Program-made: the position numbers and the translations under genes
Shown here: positions 40,084 to 50,436 of the stretch, piece by piece
Numbering within the stretch: position 1 is the first letter of the stretch
Layout of the letters: each line of letters begins with the position of its first letter
Notes under the pieces: model-generated
Database searches by the model: none
Told to the model about the DNA's origin: nothing
What the model saw: only the letters and a program-made list of their open reading frames with translations
From: Alphaproteobacteria bacterium
GTDB taxonomy: Bacteria > Pseudomonadota > Alphaproteobacteria > CADEGL01
NCBI GenBank assembly: GCA_046349515.1
Contig: JAXMCE010000001.1
Coordinates: 138,186 to 202,185, forward strand
DNA length: 64,000 nucleotides
Reading direction: 5' to 3'

Positions 40084-40587
40084 TCAGGCCGGCTCCTCGC
40101 CGAGGGGCCGGACGACCTGGCCAGCGGGCAGGTCCGCGATGAGCTCGTCGAGCGAGCGGCCCGAACGGGGATCGCGCCAGAAGGGAGCCACCTCGCGCAT
40201 GGGCAGGAGGACAAAGGCCCGGCTCGCGAGCCGCGGATGGGGCACGGAGAGCCCCTGCTCCTCGATCACGCGGTCATCATAGGCCAGGAGATCGAGGTCG
40301 ATCACGCGGGGGCCATTGGCCTCGGCGCGGACGCGGCCGAAGCGCACCTCGACCGCCTGGAGCGCCTCGAGAAGCGCGCGCGGCGCTCGCGCGGTCTCGA
40401 CCGCCGCGACGCCATTGACGAACCACGGCTGGTCCGAGAGCGGGACGGGCGCGCTTTCGTACCAGCGCGAGCGGCGAATCACGCGCACGCCGCATGCGCC
40501 GAGCTCGGCGAGCGCCGCTTCGCATCCCGCGCGCGGCGGGCCGTAGCGCACCGTCGGAAGATTGGCGCCGATGCCGATGAGAATCAT
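40084..40587 (-). CDS. folK: 2-amino-4-hydroxy-6-hydroxymethyldihydropteridine pyrophosphokinase
   Basis: MILIGIGANL...WYESAPVP...IDLDLLAYDD...PHPR are HPPK signatures. Confidence 0.85.
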   Translation of the reverse strand: MILIGIGANLPTVRYGPPRAGCEAALAELGACGVRVIRRSRWYESAPVPLSDQPWFVNGVAAVETARAPRALLEALQAVEVRFGRVRAEANGPRVIDLDLLAYDDRVIEEQGLSVPHPRLASRAFVLLPMREVAPFWRDPRSGRSLDELIADLPAGQVVRPLGEEPA

Positions 40588-40761
40588 GGAACGATCACGA
40601 ACCCGCCGCTCTCGGCCCCATACGGTTCAGCTTGCCATACCCGGCCGTTGCGGCAAGTATCGTCTCCTTCGCATCGAACGGCACGATTACCAAGCCGGCC
40701 AAGCGCGAGCGCATGACCGGCGACCCAAAGGCATTTTTTCGGCAACGAATAGGACCCGACC

Positions 40762-41337
40762 ATGATTTTCTATCCCGAAGAACGCATCGCTTTGTTCATT
40801 GACGGCTCGAACCTCTACTCCGCCGCGCGGGCGCTCGCGTTCGACATCGACTACCGGCGGCTTCTCACCCTCTTCCAGGGCAAGGGCCGGCTCCTCCGCG
40901 CCTTCTACTACACCGCCCTCCTCGAGGATCAGGAATATTCGTCGATCCGACCGCTCATCGACTGGCTCGACTACAACGGCTACACGCTCGTGACCAAGCC
41001 CGCCAAGGAATTCACCGACTCCCAAGGCCGGCGCCGCATCAAGGGCAACATGGACATCGAGATCGCCGTCGACGTGATGGAGATGGCCGACCGGCTCGAC
41101 CATGTGGTCCTGTTCTCTGGCGACGGCGATTTCCGCTTCCTGGTCGAGGCCGTGCAGAGAAAGGGCGTGCGCGTGAGCGTCGTCAGCACGGTCCGGTCGC
41201 AACCGCCCATGGTCGCGGACGAGCTGCGGCGCCAGGCCGACATCTTCATCGAACTCCAGGACCTCATCCCCGAGATCCAGCGCAGCCACGCACCGCGTTC
41301 GGAATCGCAGAACCGGAACATGTACGAGGACGCCTAG
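40762..41337 (+). CDS. NYN-domain (LabA/DUF88-like) protein, putative RNase
   Basis: IALFIDGSNLY...HVVLFSGDGDFRFLVE shows the PIN-like NYN acidic residues. Confidence 0.7.
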   Translation: MIFYPEERIALFIDGSNLYSAARALAFDIDYRRLLTLFQGKGRLLRAFYYTALLEDQEYSSIRPLIDWLDYNGYTLVTKPAKEFTDSQGRRRIKGNMDIEIAVDVMEMADRLDHVVLFSGDGDFRFLVEAVQRKGVRVSVVSTVRSQPPMVADELRRQADIFIELQDLIPEIQRSHAPRSESQNRNMYEDA

Positions 41338-41341
41338 GCCC

Positions 41342-41995
41342 GTGGGCGCGAGGCAGGCGGCCCTCGACCCGCCGAGGGATTGCGCGCTCTGTCCGCGCCT
41401 CGTCCAGTTCCGCAGTCAGCATCGGCAGGCGCAACCTCAGTGGCACAACGCCCCGGTGCCGGCCTTCGGCGCGCTCGAGGCGCGCCTTCTCATCGTGGGA
41501 TTGGCGCCCGGCCTCAAGGGCGCCAACCGCACCGGCCGGCCCTTCACCGGCGACTATGCCGGGCGGCTCCTCTATCCCTCGCTGCTCAAGGTCGGGTTCG
41601 CTCGGGGCCGCTATGACGAGAGCGCAGCCGACGAACTCCGCCTGCAGGACTGCCGCGTAACAAACGCCGTGCGCTGCGTGCCGCCGGAGAACAAGCCGAC
41701 GCCGGCGGAGTTCACGCACTGCCGCCCCTATCTCGAACGCGAGATCCGCGCCATGGGCCGCCTTCGCTGCATCTTGGCACTCGGGACAGGTGCGCATGCC
41801 CAGTGCCTGACCGTCCTGGGGCTCGCGCCGCGCACGCGCTGGCCCTTCGCGCACGGGGCGGTCCATGAACTCGACAGTGGCCTCGTGCTCATCGACAGCT
41901 ATCACTGCTCGCGCCAGAACACGAACACCGGCCGGCTCACGGAGGCCATGTTCGAGCGCGTGCTTGGCGAAGCCAAGCGCCGTCTCGGTTCCTAG
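41342..41995 (+). CDS. Uracil-DNA glycosylase, family 4-type (Fe-S)
   Basis: CALCPRL Cys motif, [22 protein letters not shown] (the GEAPG-like motif), and HCS...N. It lies 4 nt downstream of the NYN gene. Confidence 0.75.
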   Translation: MGARQAALDPPRDCALCPRLVQFRSQHRQAQPQWHNAPVPAFGALEARLLIVGLAPGLKGANRTGRPFTGDYAGRLLYPSLLKVGFARGRYDESAADELRLQDCRVTNAVRCVPPENKPTPAEFTHCRPYLEREIRAMGRLRCILALGTGAHAQCLTVLGLAPRTRWPFAHGAVHELDSGLVLIDSYHCSRQNTNTGRLTEAMFERVLGEAKRRLGS

Positions 41996-42468
41996 CCTTT
42001 CGCCCGCAACAGGCGCTCGCGCTGGCGCTGCCAGTCGCGGGTCTTGGTGGCCTCGCGCTTGTCGTGCTTCTGCTTGCCGGTCGCGAGCGCGAGCTCGACC
42101 TTCGCCCGGCCCCGCTTGTTGAAATAGATCGTGAGCGGCACCAGCGTGACGCCCTTCTTCTTCACCGCGCCCATGAGGCGCGCGGCCTCGCGCTTGTGGA
42201 GGAGGAGCTTCCTCGGCCGGCGCGGCTCGTGGTTGAAGCGCGCGGCCGCGCTGTACTCGGGGATATAGGCGTTGAAGAGGAACAGCTCGCCTTTCGACGG
42301 TCCGGCGTAGGACTCGGCGATGTTGCCGCGCCCCTCGCGGAGCGCCTTGACCTCGGAGCCCGCGAGAACGATCCCCGCCTCGAGGCGGTCCTCGATGAAG
42401 TATTCGTGCCGAGCCTTGCGGTTCTGCGCCGCGATCCGTTGAGGAGGCTCTACTCCGCCGCGCGCCAC
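41992..42468 (-). CDS. smpB: SsrA-binding protein SmpB
   Basis: [33 protein letters not shown]...LLLHKRE is the canonical SmpB sequence. The start is uncertain: the proposed GTG at 42468 overlaps the dapA 3' end by about 18 nt. Confidence 0.7.
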   Translation of the reverse strand: MARGGVEPPQRIAAQNRKARHEYFIEDRLEAGIVLAGSEVKALREGRGNIAESYAGPSKGELFLFNAYIPEYSAAARFNHEPRRPRKLLLHKREAARLMGAVKKKGVTLVPLTIYFNKRGRAKVELALATGKQKHDKREATKTRDWQRQRERLLRAKG

Positions 42469-43352
42469 TGCCCTTCTTTCTCGAGGAGACCCGCGCCGAT
42501 GAGCGCCTGGCGCATCCGCTTCTGCGTGGCCTCCGTGGTCCCGACGAGCGGCAGACGCACATCGGCGGTGCAGAGGCCAAGAAGGCTTGCGCCGTACTTC
42601 ACGGGTGCCGGGCTCGTCTCGGCGAAGAGCGCCGTCGACACGGGCATCAAGCGATCGCGGATTTCGGCGAAGGTCTTGAGGTCGCCCTTCCACCAAGCCT
42701 CGTGGAGCTGCGCGTTCAACTTCGGCGCGAGGTTCGAGCAGACGGAGATGATGCCGTGGCCGCCCTGGCCGAGGAACGCGCCGATCGTCGGATCCTCGCC
42801 CGAAAGCAGGCAGAACTTGTCGTCGATCGCGAGGCGGGTGAGGACAGGCCGCGCGAGATCGTTGGTCGCGTCCTTGACGCCCACGATGCGCGGCAGCTTG
42901 CCGAGGCGCGCCATGGTGTCGACGCTCATGTCCACGACCGAGCGGCCGGGGATGTTGTAGATGATGATCGGCAGATCGGTCGCGTCGTGGATCGCCTTGT
43001 AATGCTGGTAGAGGCCTTCCTGCGTCGGCTTGTTGTAATAGGGAGTCACGTGGAGCGCCGCGTCGGCCCCGACCTTCTCCGCGTGCTTGGTGAGGCGGAT
43101 CGCCTCCTCGGTCGAGTTCGAGCCCGTGCCGGCGATGACGGGCACCTTGCCCTTCGCGACCTCGACGCAGAGCTCGATGACCCGGTCGTGTTCGGGATGG
43201 CTCAAGGTCGGCGACTCGCCGGTCGTGCCGCAGGGCACGACACCGTGAATTCCTTCCTTGATCTGCCACGCAACGAATTTCTGGAACGCCTTCTCGTCGA
43301 CCTTGCCGTCGCGGAACGGGGTGATCAGTGCGGTGTAGCATCCCCTGAACAT
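42450..43352 (-). CDS. dapA: 4-hydroxy-tetrahydrodipicolinate synthase
   Basis: Start is at [13 protein letters not shown]. Conserved GTTGES, the Schiff-base Lys region (…GVKDAT…), and YNIPGRS. Confidence 0.9.
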   Translation of the reverse strand: MFRGCYTALITPFRDGKVDEKAFQKFVAWQIKEGIHGVVPCGTTGESPTLSHPEHDRVIELCVEVAKGKVPVIAGTGSNSTEEAIRLTKHAEKVGADAALHVTPYYNKPTQEGLYQHYKAIHDATDLPIIIYNIPGRSVVDMSVDTMARLGKLPRIVGVKDATNDLARPVLTRLAIDDKFCLLSGEDPTIGAFLGQGGHGIISVCSNLAPKLNAQLHEAWWKGDLKTFAEIRDRLMPVSTALFAETSPAPVKYGASLLGLCTADVRLPLVGTTEATQKRMRQALIGAGLLEKEGQWRAAE

Positions 43353-43540
43353 GGCGCCCTCACTTCTTGCTGGCCAGGAACGCGCGCGAGTCACCTTTCA
43401 TTAACCATGGCAGCGCTATCGTTCCATCGTGGAAGGACGATAGACCTCCGGACCTGCGGCGGCAAGCGCCCGAAAGGGAGGGTCTAGCGTCTCCACGCGG
43501 TATCCCCATACAATAGTAGCCGCCGCCCCGTACGCAGCGC

Positions 43541-45724
43541 ATGACGCCAGGGATCCGATCGTTGACGAAACGCCTGCTTCGATTGACATCGGTCGTTGGC
43601 CTGCTGCTCCTCGCGGCGGCGTTCGCGGCCGTGGACACCGCGGCCCAAGCGGCCACGCCGAGCGCGCGCGCCAATCAGGCCAGCGTGCGGGGCAAGCACG
43701 CACAGAAGCGCGCGGGACGCCAGCCAGCGAAGTCGGCGAAGCCCACGAAACAGGCCGCCCGCGCCGCAAAGCCCGCCCCCATCGAGGCCGATAGCGGGCT
43801 CAGGGGTGCGCTCGCGTCCGCCGAGAAAGGCGACTGGATCACCGCCCGCCGCATGGCGGCCCCCTCGCCGCCCCTTTTCAAGATGGTCCGCTGGATGGAA
43901 ATCAAGCAGACCGGCTCCGGCGCCTTCTTCGAGGAGATCGCGCGGTTCATCGATGAAAATCCGGACTGGCCGTCGCTCGACACGCTCCGCCGGCGGGCCG
44001 AGGAGACCATGGCCCCGGCGACCCCGGATGCGTCCGTGCGCGCCTGGTTCGAACGCGGCCCCCCGCGCACGGTCGAGGGCGCCTCGCGCTACATCGATCT
44101 GCTCGCCTCGGCCGGCGACGAGCAAGGGGCGACGGCGCAGGCGAGGCGCGCCTGGACGAACATCACCCTCACGCCCCGCCAGGAGCAGGATTTCTACGGC
44201 CGGTACGGCGCGCGCCTCAGGCCCGAGGACCACGTCGCGCGGCTCGACCGGCTTCTCTGGGACGGCCAGGAAGCGGGCGCCCGCTCCGCCATGGCCTATG
44301 TCGATGCCGACCAGCAGGCTTTGGCCGAGGCGCGCTTGAAGCTACGGCGCGAGGACAAGGGTGCGGAGCACGCCATCGACCGGGTGCCACAGGCGCTCCG
44401 ATCCCATCCGGGCCTTCTCTATGAACGCGTGCGGGCGCTGCGCCAGAAGGGCATGGACGACGAGGCGCGCGCCATCCTCCTCAGCCTGCCGCGGGACAGC
44501 GGCCGTCCCGATCTCTGGTGGAGCGAACGCAGCACCCAAACGCGCCGCGCGCTCGCCCTCGGCCTCTATTCCGACGCCTATAAGATCGCGAGCGAAAACG
44601 GCCTGAGCGAAGGCTCCGCCTTTGCGGAGGCCGAATGGCTCTCGGGCTGGATCGCGCTCCGCCATCTGAACAACCCTGGCCAGGCCCGCCAGCACTTCGA
44701 TGCCATGGCCGCCAAAGTCGCGAGCAAGGTCAGCAAGGCGCGCGGCGGCTATTGGACCGGACGGGCCTATGAGGCGATGGGCAATGCCGAGCAGGCGCGC
44801 CACAGCTACAGCCAGGCCGCGCGCCACGGCATGACGTTCTACGGACAGCTCGCGGCCGCGCGCCTCGGCAATACACGGCCGCGCCTCGTCGAGCCCGCGC
44901 CCACGGCCGAGGACGAAGCGGCATTCCGCGGCAAGGAAGTCGTGCAGCTCGTCCGGGTTCTCAATAGCCTCGGCCGCGCGGACCTCGCCGATCCCTTCCT
45001 CGAGCGGCTCGTCGAGACGTCGCCGACCGTGGGGCAGGAGGCTCTCGTCGTCGCGCTCGCCCATGAGATCAAGCGGCCCGACATCGCCGTTCGCCTCACG
45101 CGCCGTGCGCGCCGCGACGACGCGAATTTCGTGACGCTCGGCTATCCGGTGGTCACGCTGCCGCACGGCGATGCGCCCGAGCGCGCCCTCACCTACGCCA
45201 TGATCCGCCAGGAAAGCGCCTTCAACACCAACGCGGTCAGCCGCGCCGGCGCCCGCGGCCTTCTCCAGCTCATGCCGCAGACGGCCAAAGTGGTGGCCAA
45301 GACCTTGAAGGTGAAGTACACGGCCGATCGCTTGAACAACGATCCGGCCTTCAACCTCGAGCTCGGCCGCAGCTACATGGACCGGCAGATCTCGGACTTC
45401 CGCGGCTCCTACGTGCTCGCGATCGCGGCCTACAACGCGGGGCCCGGCCGCGTGCGCTATTGGATGCGCACGCTCGGCGATCCGCGCCGCCACGACATCG
45501 ACGTCATCGATTGGATCGAATCGATTCCCATCAGCGAGACGCGCGACTACGTGCAGCGCGTGCTCGAAGGCGTCCAGGTCTATCGCCTGCGCCTCGGCGA
45601 AAAGACGGAGACGGCCCTCATCGAGCAGGACCTCATGCGCGGCCGCGGCCAGGCCGAGGCGCCCGTGGACGTGATCTGCGCGCCCGACAGCGACGATGAC
45701 GACTCGCAGAACAAGTCGTGCTGA
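43541..45724 (+). CDS. slt: Soluble lytic murein transglycosylase (Slt70-like)
   Basis: Signal peptide, a long superhelical N-terminal domain, and a C-terminal SLT catalytic domain (IRQESAFN...GLLQLMP...AYNAGPGRV). Confidence 0.8.
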   Translation: MTPGIRSLTKRLLRLTSVVGLLLLAAAFAAVDTAAQAATPSARANQASVRGKHAQKRAGRQPAKSAKPTKQAARAAKPAPIEADSGLRGALASAEKGDWITARRMAAPSPPLFKMVRWMEIKQTGSGAFFEEIARFIDENPDWPSLDTLRRRAEETMAPATPDASVRAWFERGPPRTVEGASRYIDLLASAGDEQGATAQARRAWTNITLTPRQEQDFYGRYGARLRPEDHVARLDRLLWDGQEAGARSAMAYVDADQQALAEARLKLRREDKGAEHAIDRVPQALRSHPGLLYERVRALRQKGMDDEARAILLSLPRDSGRPDLWWSERSTQTRRALALGLYSDAYKIASENGLSEGSAFAEAEWLSGWIALRHLNNPGQARQHFDAMAAKVASKVSKARGGYWTGRAYEAMGNAEQARHSYSQAARHGMTFYGQLAAARLGNTRPRLVEPAPTAEDEAAFRGKEVVQLVRVLNSLGRADLADPFLERLVETSPTVGQEALVVALAHEIKRPDIAVRLTRRARRDDANFVTLGYPVVTLPHGDAPERALTYAMIRQESAFNTNAVSRAGARGLLQLMPQTAKVVAKTLKVKYTADRLNNDPAFNLELGRSYMDRQISDFRGSYVLAIAAYNAGPGRVRYWMRTLGDPRRHDIDVIDWIESIPISETRDYVQRVLEGVQVYRLRLGEKTETALIEQDLMRGRGQAEAPVDVICAPDSDDDDSQNKSC

Positions 45725-45751
45725 GCGCGCGGCGCCGTCCCAGCCAGTGAC

Positions 45752-46438
45752 ATGACGGGCTCAGCGCGCCCGGCGGGGTGCGTGTTCGACGCTTACGGCA
45801 CGGTGTTCGACGTCACCAGCGCGGCCGCGCGCTGCCAGGAGGTGCTCGGCGAGCGGGCGGAAGCGCTGAGCGCGCTCTGGCGCACAAAACAGCTCCAATA
45901 CACCTGGTTGCGAAGCCTCATGGGGGTGCATGCCGATTTCTGGCAGGTCACCGGGGATGCGCTCGACGCGGCGCTCGAGGCGCTGGATATCGCGGACCCG
46001 GCACTTCGCGTGCGCCTCATGGAATGCTATCTCACGCTCGATGCCTATGGTGACGTAGCGCCGGCCGTCGAGCGTTTGAAGCGCGCCGGGTTGAGGACCG
46101 TCATTCTCTCGAACGGATCGCCCACCATGCTGGCTTCGGCCGTCGACACGGCAGCGCTCGGACGCCATTTCGACGCCGTTCTTTCCATCGAAGAGGTGGG
46201 AGTCTACAAGCCGCACCGCGCGGTCTATCAACTGGCGTCCGATCGCGTGGGAGCCGCGCCCGCGACCATCGCCTTCGTGTCGGCCAATGGCTGGGATGCG
46301 CATGGCGCGGCGGTCTTCGGCTTCCGCTCCCTCTGGCTCAACCGGACGGGACAGCCGGCCGAACGGCTGCCCGGCGTGATCGCGGAGGAGATCACGAGTC
46401 TCTCCGCGCTGCCGCGCCTCTTGGGGATCGAATCATGA
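45752..46438 (+). CDS. Haloacid dehalogenase, type II (HAD family)
   Basis: N-terminal nucleophile motif FDAYGTVFDV, then SNG and K-x18-25-D motifs. 228 aa. Confidence 0.75.
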   Translation: MTGSARPAGCVFDAYGTVFDVTSAAARCQEVLGERAEALSALWRTKQLQYTWLRSLMGVHADFWQVTGDALDAALEALDIADPALRVRLMECYLTLDAYGDVAPAVERLKRAGLRTVILSNGSPTMLASAVDTAALGRHFDAVLSIEEVGVYKPHRAVYQLASDRVGAAPATIAFVSANGWDAHGAAVFGFRSLWLNRTGQPAERLPGVIAEEITSLSALPRLLGIES

Positions 46439-47301
46439 GCGAAGAGACGAATTTCCGCGAGCGGCGCTACCGCAGCCAGGACGACCTCGCCCTTTACGTT
46501 CGCGAGTATGGCGATGCGCTCTCGCCCGGTATCCCCGTGGTCTGCCTCGGCGGCCTCACGCGCAACTCGAAGGACTTCCACCTGCTCGCAACGCACCTCT
46601 CGACGAAGCGCCGTGTCGTGTGTCCCGACTACCGCGGGCGGGGCCAGTCAGCCTACGATCCCGATTGGCGCCATTACGCGCCTGCGACCTATCTCAGCGA
46701 TATCCGCGACCTTCTGGCGCTCGCGCAGATCCACCGCGCGGTCTTCATCGGCACCTCGATGGGCGGTCTTCTTGCGGCCGCGATGGCGATTGCGGCGCCC
46801 GCCGCCGTCGCGGGCGTCGTCCTCAACGACACGGGACCGGAACTCGACCGCGAAGGAATCGGGCGCATCATGCGCTACATCGCGGTCGATCGGCCGCAGC
46901 CCGGTTGGGAGGAGGCCAAGAGCCACCTGCGCACGCTCCTGCCGAACCTCTCGCTGTCGAGCGACGCCGATTGGCAGCGCATGGCGGAGAACACCTACCG
47001 CATGGGCAGCGACGGGATGCTCCATTTCGACTGGGACGTCCGCATCGCGAAGCCGCTCGTCGAGGGTCCCGCCCTTCCCGATCTCTGGCCCGTGTTCCGC
47101 GCCTTGAAGCGCACGCCGACGGTCGCGATCCGGGGCGGGGCCTCGGACGTCCTATCGGCCGCCGCCTTCGACCGCATGGCGCAGGAAAAGCCGGACCTCG
47201 TGCGCCTCACGCTTCCCGGAATCGGGCACGCGCCATCGCTCGACGAGCCCGCCTCGCGGGCCGTCATCGACGCCTTTCTCTCCGGCCTCGATCCCGCTTA
47301 G
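46435..47301 (+). CDS. Alpha/beta hydrolase
   Basis: VVCLGGLTRN, a GTSMGG nucleophile elbow, and C-terminal GIGHAP. The start overlaps the upstream stop (ATGA). Confidence 0.75.
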   Translation: MSEETNFRERRYRSQDDLALYVREYGDALSPGIPVVCLGGLTRNSKDFHLLATHLSTKRRVVCPDYRGRGQSAYDPDWRHYAPATYLSDIRDLLALAQIHRAVFIGTSMGGLLAAAMAIAAPAAVAGVVLNDTGPELDREGIGRIMRYIAVDRPQPGWEEAKSHLRTLLPNLSLSSDADWQRMAENTYRMGSDGMLHFDWDVRIAKPLVEGPALPDLWPVFRALKRTPTVAIRGGASDVLSAAAFDRMAQEKPDLVRLTLPGIGHAPSLDEPASRAVIDAFLSGLDPA

Positions 47302-47702
47302 GCCGGCTTGACGGCGACCACGCTGGGCTTCGGCATCTCGGGGCGCAGCGCCTTGTCGGCCTGGTCGAGGCGACTCACCTGTCCCTCGAATTGCGCGCCC
47401 GCCTCGATCGAGAGGCTGTCGTGGGCGATGTCGCCTTTCACGCGCGCGGACTTCGTGAGCGTGACGGTCTTCGCGCGAATCTTGCCCGTGACCGAACCGC
47501 TCACATGAACCGTCTCGGCGCTGATCTCGCCGTTGACGGTCCCCGCATTGCCGACCGTGACATTGCCGCACTTCACATTGCCTTCGACCGTGCCTTCGAG
47601 CTGCGTCTCTCCCTGGCTGATCACTTCACCGACGATTCGCATGTCGGATCCGATGATCGACGGCATCGTTTGCGCCCCCACCGGGCGCGGCGTGGCAACC
47701 AT
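47298..47702 (-). CDS. Bactofilin (DUF583) cytoskeletal protein
   Basis: Repetitive beta-helical G/V/E-rich core (VEGNVKCGNVTVGNAGTVNGEISAETVHVSGSVTGKI). Start is set at MVATPRP (47702), downstream of the M23 gene stop. The longest ORF (start 47756) would overlap the M23 gene by 32 nt. Confidence 0.65.
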   Translation of the reverse strand: MVATPRPVGAQTMPSIIGSDMRIVGEVISQGETQLEGTVEGNVKCGNVTVGNAGTVNGEISAETVHVSGSVTGKIRAKTVTLTKSARVKGDIAHDSLSIEAGAQFEGQVSRLDQADKALRPEMPKPSVVAVKPA

Positions 47703-47724
47703 CTTTTCCACCTTGTCGTTCTTC

Positions 47725-48891
47725 TCAGTTTTTGTGAACACGAACACCTGCCTCAATGAACTTCATAGGGTCTTGTGGTTCGTCGTTCAGCAGCACTTCG
47801 TAGTGGAGGTGCGGACCCGTACTGCGCCCCGTGCTGCCCATCTCGCCCACGACATCGCCCGGGCCGACCCATTGTCCGGGCCCCACGCCGATCTGGCGAA
47901 GGTGGCCATATCGCGTGCGAACGCCCAGGCCATGGTCGATCTCGACCATCTTCCCGAAGCGGTCCCGCCAGCCTGCAAAGCTGACGAGCCCAGGCGCCGT
48001 GGCATAGATTGGCGATCCGAGCGGCCCGGTCAAGTCAAGACCGTTGTGAATGGCCAGCCCCCCGTTGAAGGGGTCCTGGCGCTGGCCAAAACCGCTGGCG
48101 ACCTCGTACTCCGGCATGGGCGCGGTGAGCGGGAGGGCGCGAAGCAGCGTCCGCAGCTCGTTCCAGCGGCCGAGACTGTAATCGAGCTGGACCCGTCCCG
48201 TGTCCTCGGACACGCGGCGCAGCATCTCGGGGCGGAACGCGACGAAGGGACCGCCGAGGCCACCGCGGCCCTTCGCCGAATCGATGAGCCGATCGGCATC
48301 GAGCCCGGCCGAACGGATGGCGCGCTCCGCTTCGCCGATATTGGCCGCGGTGCTCTCCGTCAGCTTCTTGATGAGGTCGGCCTCGCTGGCTTGGAGGCTC
48401 GCCACGCGCCGCTCCAACGACTTGATGCGCGTGACGAGGGCGCTGTCCGGCTCGCTCGAGTCGGGCGCCGGGCCGGGCTCGAGCGCGAGCCGGCTTTCGA
48501 CGGCCGCGATCTCCGTCCGCACGAGCGCGTCGCGGCCGCTGAGCGCCCGCAGCGCCGCCTCGAGCGCGTCCAGCTGGCGCGCCACCGGTTCCGGAACGCC
48601 AGCCTGCTTCACCGGCTCGCCATCCGAATCGACGGCTTTCGTCTTGAGAGACGTCAGACTTTGCCGGAGCGCGCGGCTCCGCTCGATCACCGTGGCAAGA
48701 TCCCTGCCGCCGTCATCGAGCTCGCGACCGATCGCCGTGAAACGGTCGCGGTAGTCTCCGAGCGAACCGAGGAGGATTTGATGCGAGGCCCGCGTATCGG
48801 CGAGGGCGTCGGTCGTCTTGGAGAGATAATGTCCGCGGACGATGAAGGTGGTGACACCGGCGACGACGACGGCAAATCCGGCCAGTGCCAT
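47725..48891 (-). CDS. M23-family (LytM) peptidoglycan metalloendopeptidase with N-terminal TM and coiled-coil region
   Basis: C-terminal LytM domain (HNGLDL...GxxVxAxAxGxV...IDHG...YGHL...GSTGRSTGPHLHYE). N-terminal TM helix and a long coiled-coil, as in EnvC-like activator/peptidase proteins. Confidence 0.8.
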   Translation of the reverse strand: MALAGFAVVVAGVTTFIVRGHYLSKTTDALADTRASHQILLGSLGDYRDRFTAIGRELDDGGRDLATVIERSRALRQSLTSLKTKAVDSDGEPVKQAGVPEPVARQLDALEAALRALSGRDALVRTEIAAVESRLALEPGPAPDSSEPDSALVTRIKSLERRVASLQASEADLIKKLTESTAANIGEAERAIRSAGLDADRLIDSAKGRGGLGGPFVAFRPEMLRRVSEDTGRVQLDYSLGRWNELRTLLRALPLTAPMPEYEVASGFGQRQDPFNGGLAIHNGLDLTGPLGSPIYATAPGLVSFAGWRDRFGKMVEIDHGLGVRTRYGHLRQIGVGPGQWVGPGDVVGEMGSTGRSTGPHLHYEVLLNDEPQDPMKFIEAGVRVHKN

Positions 48892-49572
48892 GGCCGCGCC
48901 CAGGAGCTGCCGCGTCGGCGACAGGCGGATGTAGCGGAGCTCGCCCCGCTCGCGGATGATCAGCTGGCGCTCCGGCGGACGTTGGGCAGCCAGCCATTTG
49001 ATCCAGCCGATGCAGCGATCGGCTGCGCTTGCGCCTCTCGCGACGGCATCCCGCCAGCGCGAGCCACGCCACCTCTCATTTATCCCATTACGTCGCTATC
49101 CCCCCGTCCCACGTCTCGAATATCGAGGCCCTCCCTGAAAAGGCCGTCCCCCCGGTGCCCCGTTGCGGGGCCCAGGATGTGTATTTCGGTTCGAAACTCG
49201 GGCGAACCTAACGAGCGGTTTCCGCGATTTCAATCATCGATCGCCGAGCTCGTTCTATCCGTTCGACATACGCCAGGAACAGTAAGAGTTATCCACAAAC
49301 TTATGCACACGTTGAGTTTGCGTGAGCGCGAACGCCGCGATCCGGCGCGCAGAATCGCGTCGCACATCGAGTCTCGCAGTCCGTGACTCCCTCGCATCAT
49401 CGGCTCGAGGTTCGCCCGCCGCCACCCGCGACAACCACATCGTCGGCCCTGTCATCGAAATGCCACGGCATGCACGCCAAGATGCCATCGCCGCACGCGA
49501 GGGCGCGCGAATTTCTCGTGAAATTCCGGCGGGAATGGGCAATAGAAAGCGACGCTAGCGAAGGACGCATCG

Positions 49573-50436
49573 ATGCCAAAACCGTTCGCGGAAAAGCTCT
49601 ACAAGGGCTATGCCCAGACCTTCGACATCGTCGGCGAGATGATCGCGGACGAACAGACTCCCTTCCAACGCTTGCATGTCTTCGACACGCCCTTGAACGG
49701 CCGCGTGCTCGCGCTCGACGGCATCGTCCAGCTCTCCGATCGCGACGAGTGCGTCTATTCCGAGATGCTCTCCCATCTTCCGATTCTGGAATTGGGCGAT
49801 GTGCGGCGCGTGCTGATTGCCGGCGGCGGCGACGGCGCCATCGCGGAAGAGGTGCTGAAGCACAAGACGGTCGAGGCCGTCGATCTCGTCGAGATCGACT
49901 CGCACGTGGTCGAAGCCTCGAAGAGGCATTTCGCCCATGTGAGCGGCGCCGCCTTCTCGGATCCGCGCCTCACCGTGCGCATCGAGGACGCCTTCGAGTT
50001 CTTGAAGGAGCCCGGCGCCGCCGGCCGCTACGACCTCGTCGTGACCGACCGCCCGGACCCGGTGGGCCCGGCGCAGGTCCTTTTCGCGACCGAGTTCTAT
50101 GCGCTCGTGAAGCGCGCGCTCAGCCCCCGCGGCATCGCTGTGTTCCAGAACGGCGTGCCGTTCTACCAGGACGACGAGCTCGCGGAGGCGCATCGGCAAT
50201 TGGGCAGCGTGTTCCGGCACCACGGCCTCTACCTCATCGTCGTCCCCACCTATGTCGGCGGATTCCTGGCCGTGACCTGGGCCAGCGAGGGGACGGTTCT
50301 CGGAACGGGAGTCACGCGCGAGACGCTCGCCGAACGCCTCGCGGGCGCGAGAATCGCGACAGAGTACTACACGCCCGAGGTGCATCTTGCCTCCTTCGCG
50401 CTTCCGGCCTGGGTCAAGCGCAAATTGGGAGCGTGA
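49573..50436 (+). CDS. speE: Spermidine synthase-like polyamine aminopropyltransferase
   Basis: VLIAGGGDGAIAEEVLKH (the GGGDG motif), DLVEID, and DRPDPVGPA are SpeE-family signatures. RBS GAAGGA is 6 nt upstream. Confidence 0.75.
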   Translation: MPKPFAEKLYKGYAQTFDIVGEMIADEQTPFQRLHVFDTPLNGRVLALDGIVQLSDRDECVYSEMLSHLPILELGDVRRVLIAGGGDGAIAEEVLKHKTVEAVDLVEIDSHVVEASKRHFAHVSGAAFSDPRLTVRIEDAFEFLKEPGAAGRYDLVVTDRPDPVGPAQVLFATEFYALVKRALSPRGIAVFQNGVPFYQDDELAEAHRQLGSVFRHHGLYLIVVPTYVGGFLAVTWASEGTVLGTGVTRETLAERLAGARIATEYYTPEVHLASFALPAWVKRKLGA

